Below are positions 55,776 to 64,000 of a DNA stretch of 64,000 bases, one piece after another; within the stretch, counting starts at the first letter, position 1; each line of letters starts with the position of its first letter. The position numbers were made by a program, and so were the translations under genes. Below the pieces are notes generated by a model. That model saw nothing but the letters and a program-made list of their open reading frames with translations, did not search any database and had not been told where the DNA came from. Source of the stretch: Alphaproteobacteria bacterium (GTDB taxonomy: Bacteria; Pseudomonadota; Alphaproteobacteria; CALKHQ01); contig JAWKYB010000003.1 of the NCBI GenBank assembly GCA_041396705.1, positions 28,985-92,984 on the forward strand, read 5' to 3'.

Positions 55776-56954
55776 CTATCCGGCCGCGTCGATCACGGCC
55801 ATCGCAGCCGCCACGCCTGCGGGCACGTCGGCGCGGAAGCCGAGGCGGTTGAGGGCGCCGCCGAGGGCGGCGATGGCGACGACGGCGTAGATCGGTTCGG
55901 CGGTCGGGCCCATGTGGCCGATGCGGATCAGCTTGCCGAGGGTCTCGCCGCGGCCGACCGACAGCATCACGCCATAGCCGTTGCGGGCGGCAGCGATGAT
56001 GTCGCCGTCGCGCAGACCCTCGGGCACCGCGACCGCGGTGGTGGTCGGCGAGGCAATGGCCTCGTCGGCGGCCCACAGCCGGCAGCCCATCGCCTTGACG
56101 CCGGCACGGCACGCGGCAGCGGTCAGCGCGTGGCGGCGCCAGACATTCTCCGGGCCTTCGGCCAGATAGACGTCGATCGCGGCCGACAGGCCGGCGATCT
56201 CCGAAACCGACGGCGTGAACGGGAACGGTGAGTCCTTGCTCCAGGCGTGCTGCCAGTCCCGCAGGCTGAGGATCGAGGCGGTGGGGCAGTCGGGGTTGGC
56301 CGCCATCTGCGCCCACGCCGCCTGGCTGACCGCGATGACGGTCACGCCCGGCGTGCCGCCCAGGCACTTGCCCGGCCCGGTGATGAACACGTCGGCATGG
56401 CAGTCGGCCGGGTGCACGTCCATGCCGCCGAACGACGACACCGCGTCGACCAGCAGCAACGCACCGTGATCGTGGACGATGCGGCCGATCTCGTTCAGCG
56501 GGTTGACGGTGCCGGACGGGGTGTCGTGATGGACGACGGAGACGATCCTGATGTCCGGCCGCTGCTTGAACGCGCGGGCGACGTCGGCCGGGTCGATCGC
56601 CGCGTTGTACGGCACCTCGATTTCGACCATGTCGCCGTGATAGCGCGCCGACCAGTATCCGAAGCCCTTGCCGTAGACGCCTGAGGCGAGGTTGAGCACG
56701 GTATCGTTGCGGCCGATCAGCGAGGCCGCGGCGGCCTCGATCGCCACCGCCGGCTCGGCCTGGATGATCAGCGCCGGGTCCGGCCAGCGCATCGCCTCGG
56801 CGCAGCGGCGCGCCACCTGCTCATAGAAGTGCAGGAAGCTGGGGTCGTAGTCGTAGCCGAGCGGCCGGGCCATCGCGAGCAGCACCTCGGGATAGCCCTG
56901 CACCGGGCCGGAGGTCAGCGTGATCACCGCCTTCTTGATCGGTGCGTCGCTCAT
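55776..56954 (-). CDS. Class V aminotransferase (alanine-glyoxylate / serine-pyruvate / pyridoxamine-pyruvate type).
   Basis: GPGKCLGG carries the PLP-Lys. RBS: AGGGAG, 6 nt, ATG. Confidence 0.8.
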   Translation of the reverse strand: MSDAPIKKAVITLTSGPVQGYPEVLLAMARPLGYDYDPSFLHFYEQVARRCAEAMRWPDPALIIQAEPAVAIEAAAASLIGRNDTVLNLASGVYGKGFGYWSARYHGDMVEIEVPYNAAIDPADVARAFKQRPDIRIVSVVHHDTPSGTVNPLNEIGRIVHDHGALLLVDAVSSFGGMDVHPADCHADVFITGPGKCLGGTPGVTVIAVSQAAWAQMAANPDCPTASILSLRDWQHAWSKDSPFPFTPSVSEIAGLSAAIDVYLAEGPENVWRRHALTAAACRAGVKAMGCRLWAADEAIASPTTTAVAVPEGLRDGDIIAAARNGYGVMLSVGRGETLGKLIRIGHMGPTAEPIYAVVAIAALGGALNRLGFRADVPAGVAAAMAVIDAAG

Positions 56955-57039
56955 CGTCTTCTCCCTATTGGTCCCGCCGCGCGGAACCATGATAGGGTCC
57001 GATCATGAACGACGCCACGGGGAAGCGCAGGCAGCGCCG

Positions 57040-58617
57040 ATGACGCAGGGCCGCACCGCGTATGATTTCGTCGTGGTCGGGGCCGGCACCGCCGGCTGTG
57101 TGCTGGCCGCGCGGCTGAGCGAGGATCGGCACGCCAGGGTGGCCCTGGTCGAGGCTGGGCGCGCGGCCAGCGACCCCGCCATCGCCGACCCGCTGGCTTG
57201 GCCGGCCCTGCAGGGCTCCGCCGTCGACTGGGGCTATGCGACCGTGCCGCAGGCGGCGGGGCGGCGGCACGCGTGGCCGCGCGGGCGCGTGCTCGGCGGG
57301 TCCTCGGCGATCAACGCGATGGCGCATGTGCGCGGCCACCCCGACGACTTCGACCGGTGGGCGGCGGCCGGTTGCCGCGGCTGGGGCTATGCCGACCTGA
57401 TGCCCTACTTCCGGCGCAGCGAGGATTCGCCGCTGGCGCCGTCGCCCTACCATGCCGCCGGCGGACCGATCCGGCTGATGCGGCCGGAGGCGCCGCATCC
57501 GATCACCGAGGCCTATCGGGCGGCCGGTGCGGAACGTGGGCTGGCGCCGACAGCGGACCATAATGGTTCGCAGATGGCCGGGCCGACGCTGAACACGCTG
57601 ACCATCGACCGCGGCCGCCGGCAAACGGTGGCCGACGCCTATCTGACCGAGGCCGTGCGCGCGCGGCCGAACCTGGCGCTGCTGACCGGCCTGCTGGTCG
57701 ACCGGCTGGCGCTGGAGCCGGACGGCCGGTGCACAGGGATCGCCGTCGTCGACCAGTCCGGCACGCGCACGATCCGCGCCGACCGCGCGGTGGTGCTGGC
57801 CGCCGGCGCGATCGGCTCGCCGGCCATCCTGCTGCGTTCCGGCATCGGCCCGGCCGACGAACTGGCGGCGCTGGGCATCCGGCCGCTGGTGCCGCTGGCC
57901 GGCGTCGGCGCCAACCTGCACGATCATCTGCTGTCGGGCGGCAATGTCTATCGCGCGCGCCGGCCGGTGCCGCCGTCGCGCTACCAGCATTCCGAGTCGC
58001 TGATGTACATCGCGGGCGAGGGTGCCGACCCGGCGCCGCAGCTGGTGCTGGCCTGCGTGATTGCACCGGTGACGACCGAGGCCTTCACGGCGCCGGAAGC
58101 CGGCAGCGCCTACACCGTCATGTTCGGCTTCACCCATCCGCGCAGCCGCGGCACGCTGCGGCTGGCTTCGGCCGACCCGCTGGCGCAGCCGCTGCTCGAT
58201 CCGGCCTATCTGTCCGATCCGGCCGACCGCGCCCGTTATGCCGAGGCGCTGGACTGGGCGCGGGCGGTGGGCGGCGCGCAGGCGCTGGACGACTGGCGGG
58301 CCGACGAGCTGCTGCCGACGCCGGCCGATCTGGCCGACGAGGCCGCGCGTCAGACATTCCTGGCCCGGGCCGCCTATACCCACCACCACCCGGTCGGCAC
58401 GTGCCGCATGGGCACCGGCGCGGATGCGGTGGTTGGCCCGGACCTGGCGGTGCGCGGTTGCGAGGGCCTGTATGTGGCCGACGCGGCGGTGATGCCCTCG
58501 ATCACCACCGGCCCGGTCAACGCGGCCATCCTGGCGATCGCCGAGCGCGCCAGCGACCTGATCGCGGGACGCGATCCGCTTCCGCCCTACGATCCGCGGA
58601 CGGTGGTGCAGCCGTGA
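57040..58617 (+). CDS. GMC-family FAD oxidoreductase (choline dehydrogenase / pyridoxine 4-oxidase-like).
   Basis: YDFVVVGAGTAGCVLAARLSED binds FAD. The C-terminus HHPVGTCRMG...DLAVRGCEGLYVADAAVMP is the GMC signature. Confidence 0.85.
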   Translation: MTQGRTAYDFVVVGAGTAGCVLAARLSEDRHARVALVEAGRAASDPAIADPLAWPALQGSAVDWGYATVPQAAGRRHAWPRGRVLGGSSAINAMAHVRGHPDDFDRWAAAGCRGWGYADLMPYFRRSEDSPLAPSPYHAAGGPIRLMRPEAPHPITEAYRAAGAERGLAPTADHNGSQMAGPTLNTLTIDRGRRQTVADAYLTEAVRARPNLALLTGLLVDRLALEPDGRCTGIAVVDQSGTRTIRADRAVVLAAGAIGSPAILLRSGIGPADELAALGIRPLVPLAGVGANLHDHLLSGGNVYRARRPVPPSRYQHSESLMYIAGEGADPAPQLVLACVIAPVTTEAFTAPEAGSAYTVMFGFTHPRSRGTLRLASADPLAQPLLDPAYLSDPADRARYAEALDWARAVGGAQALDDWRADELLPTPADLADEAARQTFLARAAYTHHHPVGTCRMGTGADAVVGPDLAVRGCEGLYVADAAVMPSITTGPVNAAILAIAERASDLIAGRDPLPPYDPRTVVQP

Positions 58618-59036
58618 AGCACGCGCTTGCCGTTGCCGGCGTGCTGGTCCTGGCCGGCTGCACCGCCGGCGGTTCGCCGCCGACCGCGGCTCCGCCCGCC
58701 ACCGTTACGATCGCGATCGACAACCGCAGCGGCGCGACCCTGTTCTGCACCGCCGTGCTGGCGCACTTCATCACGCGCGATACCGGGCCGATCCCTTCCG
58801 GCGCGCGTGTCGCGCTCGAGTTCGACCGGCCCGACGACCGCGGCACGCTTGCCTACGGCACCCACAACGGCGCGCCGATGTACGTCGAGAACCTGCTGTG
58901 CGGCCGGGAAGGGGCGTGGGACGCGACCCGGGTCGACATCGACCTGCGCCCGGCGCGCAGCGGCACGGCGGAGCGCTATGCGTTGCGTTGTACGGACGGC
59001 GAACCGCTCGCCTGCGCGCTCGAACCGCAACCCTGA
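58614..59036 (+). CDS. Cys-rich lipoprotein, 141 aa. The GTG start overlaps the GMC stop.
   Basis: The lipobox is VLVLAGC. The mature part contains four Cys. Confidence 0.5.
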   Translation: MKHALAVAGVLVLAGCTAGGSPPTAAPPATVTIAIDNRSGATLFCTAVLAHFITRDTGPIPSGARVALEFDRPDDRGTLAYGTHNGAPMYVENLLCGREGAWDATRVDIDLRPARSGTAERYALRCTDGEPLACALEPQP

Positions 59037-59051
59037 GCGGCCCGCGCCGGC

Positions 59052-60119
59052 TCAGCCCGCCTTGCGTCCGTGCAGCACCATGTTGAAGGCGGAGGCGGTG
59101 GCCAGCGAGAGATCGTCGAACCCGGCCCGCTGTGCGACGACCCGCAGCCGCGCCGGCCCCGCCTGCGCGCCCAGCGCCGCGCCGACCTCCTGGCTCATCG
59201 ACGCCGGGGTGCAGACGCAGGTCGAGCCGGAATAGTAGAGCCGGCCGACCGGCGTCAGGTTGTCGGCCAACCGGTCGTTGGCGAAGGGCTCGACCAGCAT
59301 GACGATGCCGCCGGGCTTCAGCGCGGCATGGGCGTGGGCCATGGCGCCGACCGGGTCGCCCATGTCGTGCAGGCAGTCGAAGAAGGCGATCACGTCGAAA
59401 TCGCGCTCGGCATAGCCCTTTGCCGCGGCCACCTCGAAGCGTGTGTTGTGCAGACCCGCCTCCGCCGCTGTCTCGCGGGCGCGGTCGATCGAGGGGCCGT
59501 GGAAGTCGTAGCCGACGAAGTTCGCATTCGGGAACGCCTCGGCCATCAGCGCGGTCGAGATGCCGTAGCCGCAGCCGACGTCCGCCACCTTGGCGCCGGC
59601 ACGCAGCCGCTCGGCCAGCCCGACCACCGCCGGGATCCAGTGCTCGACCAGGTTGGCGATGTAGGCCGGGCGGAAGAACCGCTCGGTGCCGCAGAACAGG
59701 CAGCTGTGGCGGTCGCCCCAGGGCACGCCTCTGCCGGAATGGAAGGCCTCGGCGATGCGGTCGAGGTCGTGGATCATCGACGCGGTCGACAGGAAGAAGC
59801 CCTGCAGGTTGTCGGGGCTGTCGTCGTCGGCGAACACCAGCGCCTGCTCCGGCGTCAGCGTGAAGCTCGGGATCGCCGGGTCGCAGTCGATCCAACCGGC
59901 CGCGGCCAGCGCGTTCAGCCATTCGCGCACCATCCGCTCGGCACAGCCGGTGCGCGCGGCCAGCTCGGCGGAGGTCAGCGGCCCGGCGCCCGCCATCGCC
60001 TTGAACAGCCCGGTCTTGTCGCCGAGCATGGCGACCACCATCGACGCCGCCCCGCCCAGCTCGGGCATCAGCCGCGCCTTGAAGGCCTCGAGTTTCGCCG
60101 GATCCGCTGCGGTCGCCAT
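59052..60119 (-). CDS. Class I SAM-dependent (O-)methyltransferase with an N-terminal winged-helix dimerisation domain.
   Basis: VADVGCGYG is motif I. The overall architecture is O-methyltransferase-like. Confidence 0.75.
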   Translation of the reverse strand: MATAADPAKLEAFKARLMPELGGAASMVVAMLGDKTGLFKAMAGAGPLTSAELAARTGCAERMVREWLNALAAAGWIDCDPAIPSFTLTPEQALVFADDDSPDNLQGFFLSTASMIHDLDRIAEAFHSGRGVPWGDRHSCLFCGTERFFRPAYIANLVEHWIPAVVGLAERLRAGAKVADVGCGYGISTALMAEAFPNANFVGYDFHGPSIDRARETAAEAGLHNTRFEVAAAKGYAERDFDVIAFFDCLHDMGDPVGAMAHAHAALKPGGIVMLVEPFANDRLADNLTPVGRLYYSGSTCVCTPASMSQEVGAALGAQAGPARLRVVAQRAGFDDLSLATASAFNMVLHGRKAG

Positions 60120-60169
60120 CGCCTTCCTCCCCAGAAGCGCAGTGGCGGCAGCTTACGCCGGGACGGCCC

Positions 60170-60931
60170 TCAGATCGATCCCGCCTCGACCATGTAGTTG
60201 TTGGCGGTGCACATCGCGCCGTCGTCGGAGGCGAGGAACAGCACCATGCGTGCGAGATAGACCGGCTCGATCAGGTCGGGCAGGCACTGGTTCTGCCGAT
60301 GGCGCTCCAGCGCCTCGGGCGTGGCCCACAGCGTCTTCTGCCGCTCGGTCATCACCCAGCCGGGCACCACGGTGTTCACCCGGATGCGATGCTTGCCGAG
60401 GTCGCGCGCCATGCCGCGGGTCAGGCCGTGCACGGCCGCCTTGGCTGTGGTGTAGACCGGCATGCCGCTGGCCTTCTCCCACCAGCTGTTCGAGCCGAAG
60501 TTGACGATCGCGCCCTTGCCGGCCCGGATCATCCCCGGCGCCACCGCCTGGATGGCGAAGAACATGTGGCGCAGATTTGTGGCGATCCGCTCGTCGTAAT
60601 ATTCGGGCGTCACGTCCTCCCAGCCGTGCCGGTCGTCGCGCGCCGCGTTGTTGACCAGCACGCCGGCCGGCCCGAGCGCCGCCTCCATGCCGGCAAAGGC
60701 GCGCTTCAGCGCCTCGATGTCGCGCAGATCGGCCGCCTCGAAATGCACCTTGGTGCCCCCGGCCTTCAGATCGTCGGCCAGCGCGGTGCCGCGGGCCGCG
60801 TCCATGTCGACAAACCCGATGTGCGAGCCCTGGCCGGCGAATGCGCGAACGATCTCCTCACCGATGCCGGAAGCGCCGCCGGTGACGAAGACGACGACGT
60901 CCTTCAGGCTCGGATAGTTTGCGAAGCTCAT
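60170..60931 (-). CDS. SDR-family oxidoreductase.
   Basis: TGGASGIG is the glycine motif. Y..K is present in YTTAKAAV. Confidence 0.85.
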   Translation of the reverse strand: MSFANYPSLKDVVVFVTGGASGIGEEIVRAFAGQGSHIGFVDMDAARGTALADDLKAGGTKVHFEAADLRDIEALKRAFAGMEAALGPAGVLVNNAARDDRHGWEDVTPEYYDERIATNLRHMFFAIQAVAPGMIRAGKGAIVNFGSNSWWEKASGMPVYTTAKAAVHGLTRGMARDLGKHRIRVNTVVPGWVMTERQKTLWATPEALERHRQNQCLPDLIEPVYLARMVLFLASDDGAMCTANNYMVEAGSI

Positions 60932-61059
60932 CGCGCGTTCCCCTCGTTGCTGCCGGCGGTGGCATGGGTGTTGAGCATTCGCGGGCCGCCGTCAAGGCTT
61001 CACCGTCCGTCCCGCGATGCTATGGTGCCGGCCGATTCGATGGAGCGAAGGGGGAAGCG

Positions 61060-61908
61060 GTGAGCGATCATCCGGCACTGGCGGCGGGCAACGTCGCGGT
61101 CATCACCGGGGCGGCAAGCGGCATCGGCCTGGCCGCCGCCGAGCGCTTCGCGTCACGCGGCATGCAGGTGTGCCTGGCCGACGTGACCGCCGACGCGCTG
61201 GCCGCCGCGTCGGCCAAGGTTGCCGGCTTGGCCCGCGATCCGGCGGACGTCATGCACATGGTCACCGACGTCGCCAACGAGACCGCCCTGCAGCGGCTTA
61301 AGGATGCGGCCTATGCCCGTTTCGGCGCCGTCCACGTGCTGATGGCCAATGCCGGTGTCGAGCCGGTCGGCCGTGCGCTGGAGGCCGGCGCGGCCTGGAC
61401 CCGCATCATCGAGATCAACCTGTGGGGCGTGATCCGCACGGTCCAGACATTCGCCCCGGCGATGATCGGGCAGGGCAGCGCCGGCGCGATCGTCAGCACC
61501 GGCTCGAAGCAGGGCATCACCACGCCGCCCGGCAACACCGCCTACAATGTCGCCAAGGCCGGGGTGAAGGTGTTCACCGAGGCGGTGGCGCACGAGCTGC
61601 GCGAGCAGCCGGGCTGCCGGATCACCGCGCACCTGTTGGTGCCGGGCTTCACCTTCACCGGCTTCACCCGCGCGCGCACCCAGACCAAGCCGGCCGGCGC
61701 CTGGATGCCGGAGCAGGTGATCGATTTCATGATGGCGCGGATGGCGGAAGGCGACTTCTACATCCTCTGCCCCGACAACGACGTCACGCGCGAGATGGAC
61801 AACAAGCGGATGCTGTGGGCCGCCCAGGACCTGATCGAGAACCGGCCGGCGCTGTCGCGCTGGCATCCCGACTGGAAGGACGCCTTCGCCCGCTTCATGC
61901 AGTCATAG
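61060..61908 (+). CDS. SDR-family oxidoreductase.
   Basis: TGAASGIG and YNVAKAGV are present. GTG start. Confidence 0.8.
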   Translation: MSDHPALAAGNVAVITGAASGIGLAAAERFASRGMQVCLADVTADALAAASAKVAGLARDPADVMHMVTDVANETALQRLKDAAYARFGAVHVLMANAGVEPVGRALEAGAAWTRIIEINLWGVIRTVQTFAPAMIGQGSAGAIVSTGSKQGITTPPGNTAYNVAKAGVKVFTEAVAHELREQPGCRITAHLLVPGFTFTGFTRARTQTKPAGAWMPEQVIDFMMARMAEGDFYILCPDNDVTREMDNKRMLWAAQDLIENRPALSRWHPDWKDAFARFMQS

Positions 61909-61917
61909 GGTCGCCGG

Positions 61918-63030
61918 TCAGGCGGTGCCGAAGAAGGCCGCCATCTCGTCGATCAGCTGGCGGTGGAACTGCCGCACGCGCTCGCGCGGCTGCTGGTATG
62001 CCAGCCGCGGGCCGAGCGGATCCGGCGCCTCGATGGCGGAGCCGGCCATCGCCGCGATCACCGCATGGCCGCAGAACGGGACATGCACCTCGGCATAGCC
62101 GCCCTCGTGGGCCATCGCCAGCCGGCCGTCGCAGATCTCGTCGCAGAGCGCAAGCAGGCGCCGCGTCATCGCGCCGAACGTCTCCGCCGACGCCAGCGTG
62201 CGCGACAGCGGATCGACGCCGGAGGCATCGAAGCCGCAGGCGACGACGACGCAGTCGGGCCGGAACCGACGCAAGGCGGGCTCGACGATCCGTTCGAAGG
62301 CGTGGAGATAGGCATCGTGGCCAGCGCCAGGCGGCAGCGGCACATTGATGTTGCAGCCTGCGCCGGCGCCGCTGCCGCGCACCTCCGCCCCGCCGCTGTC
62401 TGGCGGATAGTTGTTGTCCTGGTGCAGCGAGACGGTCAGCACGTCGCCGCGCTCCAGGAAGATCGCCTCGGTGCCGTTGCCGTGATGCACGTCCCAATCG
62501 ACCACCGCCACGCGCTCGGCCTTGCCGGCGGCGCGCGCCGCCTCGACCGCGATGGCGATGTTCGCCAGCAGGCAGAAGCCCATCGGCGTCGCCGGCAGGC
62601 AGTGGTGGCCCGGCGGGCGGCTGAGGGCATAGGCGTTGCGGACCCGGCCATCCAGCACGTCGAACAGGGCGGCCTTGACCAGGCCTGCAGACAGCGCGGC
62701 GATCTCGAAGCCGCCGGGCCCGAAGGGCGTGCGCTGGCCCAACTCGCCGCCCTGCGCGTCACTGAGCGCCTTGAAGCGTGCGATGTAGTCGCGGTCGTGG
62801 ACGCGCAGCAGGTCCTCGTCGGTGGCCGGCTCGGCCGAGCGCATGTCGAGCGCTGCGGCCAGGCCGGTCACCTCGATCAGATTCTTCAGCCGGCGCTTTC
62901 CCTCCGGGTGCTCGGGCAGGCCCGGGCCGGCCAGCGGCTGCACCAGTCCGCCGACCGGGGCGAGGAACGCATAGCGGTCGGCCGAGTGCCAGAAGCAGCG
63001 TTCGTCAGAGAAAAAAGCCGTTCGTGCCAT
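61918..63030 (-). CDS. Histone-deacetylase-family (acetoin-utilisation / acetylpolyamine amidohydrolase-like) protein.
   Basis: PPGHHC, the DWDVHHGNG metal-binding motif, and GGYA are present. Confidence 0.8.
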   Translation of the reverse strand: MARTAFFSDERCFWHSADRYAFLAPVGGLVQPLAGPGLPEHPEGKRRLKNLIEVTGLAAALDMRSAEPATDEDLLRVHDRDYIARFKALSDAQGGELGQRTPFGPGGFEIAALSAGLVKAALFDVLDGRVRNAYALSRPPGHHCLPATPMGFCLLANIAIAVEAARAAGKAERVAVVDWDVHHGNGTEAIFLERGDVLTVSLHQDNNYPPDSGGAEVRGSGAGAGCNINVPLPPGAGHDAYLHAFERIVEPALRRFRPDCVVVACGFDASGVDPLSRTLASAETFGAMTRRLLALCDEICDGRLAMAHEGGYAEVHVPFCGHAVIAAMAGSAIEAPDPLGPRLAYQQPRERVRQFHRQLIDEMAAFFGTA

Positions 63031-63154
63031 GAATTACCGAGGCCTCGCAAAGGGGACAACAGGCTGGCCATAGACCACCCCTTGACGTAACATTGCAACC
63101 GCAAAGCGGTCGCAGGCCGCCGCGCCAAGTGGGGAAAGAAAAACTGTGGCAGGT

Positions 63155-64000
63155 ATGGTGTTCCGGGCTGACCATGTTGGCAGCCTGTTGCGTCCCACGC
63201 AACTAGTGGCGGCGCGCCGGGATCATCGCGCGGGCCGTGTCGACCGCGACGACCTCAGACGCATCGAGAATGACTGCATCGCGCAGGCAGTACGCCGGCA
63301 GGAGCAGGTCGGCCTGGCCGTGGTGACCGACGGCGACTTCCGGCGCGAGAACTGGTGGATCGATTTCGTCCGCAAGATTCCCGGCGTCGCGATCGGGCGG
63401 TCCGACGGAAACGCCGCATTCGCCGGCCATTCCCACGTCCCGCTGCACGTTGCGGTCAACGGTCGCATCGGCTGGGACGGGTCGATCCTGGCCGACGATG
63501 CGGCGCGTCTGCTGGCGATGACGGCCGCGACCGCCAAGGTGACGCTGCCGTCGCCGACGCGGATCCACTTCCACGGCGGCGACGCCGCGGTCGCGCAGGA
63601 GGCCTATGCCGACATCGCCGCCTTCTGGGACGATGTCGCCGCCTTCTATCGCCGGGAGATCGCGGCGCTTGAGACGGTCGGCTGCCGCTACATCCAGATC
63701 GACGACCCGATGATGAGCTATTTCGTCGACGACTTTCATCGGGCCAACATGCTGGCGCGCGGCCTGGATCCTGATAGCACGCTGGCGCGTTATGTCAGTG
63801 TGATCAACGCGTGCGTCGCGGCACGCGGGCCCGACACCAGGCTGGCACTGCACATCTGCCGCGGCAACGCCCGCAGTTCGTGGGTGGCGACCGGCGTCTA
63901 CGCCCGCATCGCCGACATCGTCTTTCCGGAGCTCGACGTCGACGCGCTGCTGCTGGAATACGACGACGACCGGTCGGGAGACTTCGCGCCGCTCAAGCTG
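63155..64000 (+). CDS. Cobalamin-independent methionine-synthase-like (MetE C-terminal domain family) protein, 3' partial.
   Basis: YIQIDDP and HICRGN match the MetE-like zinc/homocysteine site. The ORF runs off the window end. Confidence 0.6.
   Translation, partial: MVFRADHVGSLLRPTQLVAARRDHRAGRVDRDDLRRIENDCIAQAVRRQEQVGLAVVTDGDFRRENWWIDFVRKIPGVAIGRSDGNAAFAGHSHVPLHVAVNGRIGWDGSILADDAARLLAMTAATAKVTLPSPTRIHFHGGDAAVAQEAYADIAAFWDDVAAFYRREIAALETVGCRYIQIDDPMMSYFVDDFHRANMLARGLDPDSTLARYVSVINACVAARGPDTRLALHICRGNARSSWVATGVYARIADIVFPELDVDALLLEYDDDRSGDFAPLKL

Noticed and set aside
63031-63154. TTGACG...TTGCAAC as a sigma70-like promoter for the MetE-like gene
   Set aside because: No convincing -10 element at proper spacing, so it cannot be supported from sequence alone.

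Overview
This is a 64 kb window of very high-GC (about 68-70%) bacterial chromosome. Almost every real gene leaves a long spurious ORF on the opposite strand, and Tat signals, lipoproteins and gene families point to an Alphaproteobacteria-like host. Most of the window is metabolic and transport operons. The outlier is an island at about 21.3-26.6 kb that encodes a CsgG-family outer-membrane lipoprotein channel, a secreted curlin-like repeat protein, two paralogous secreted proteins whose mature N-termini share a motif resembling the CsgF pore-plug segment, an extra lipoprotein and a LuxR-type regulator with an Asp-less receiver domain. AT-rich intergenic DNA and an IS3-family orfA remnant flank it. 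I read it as a divergent curli-like (type VIII-like) or holdfast-anchor-like secretion locus, and it is the most novel feature of the window.

Other annotated content:
- the 3' end of a giant parallel beta-helix repeat protein;
- a DUF362/epimerase/SRPBCC operon;
- a RidA plus DAO-family FAD oxidase pair (oxidase frameshifted);
- a dhaK-dhaL, FGGY kinase, glpD, tpiA triose/polyol cluster;
- a tcy/dcyD-like amino-acid ABC operon with D-cysteine desulfhydrase;
- phnDCE, with phnM and a GntR/HutC regulator but no phnGHIJKL;
- a three-component membrane desaturase-family oxygenase with Rieske ferredoxin and reductase;
- a PotABCD-like ABC operon;
- a Cys-type sulfatase;
- a twice-frameshifted GMC oxidoreductase;
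- a BMP-family ABC transporter;
- an MBL lactonase / class V aminotransferase / GMC oxidase / SDR set reminiscent of vitamin B6 catabolism;
- a 200 bp palindromic MITE/REP-like element;
- an HDAC-family gene and a MetE-like gene at the window edge.

All coordinates come from the supplied ORF track plus manual frame tracing. No database searches were run.
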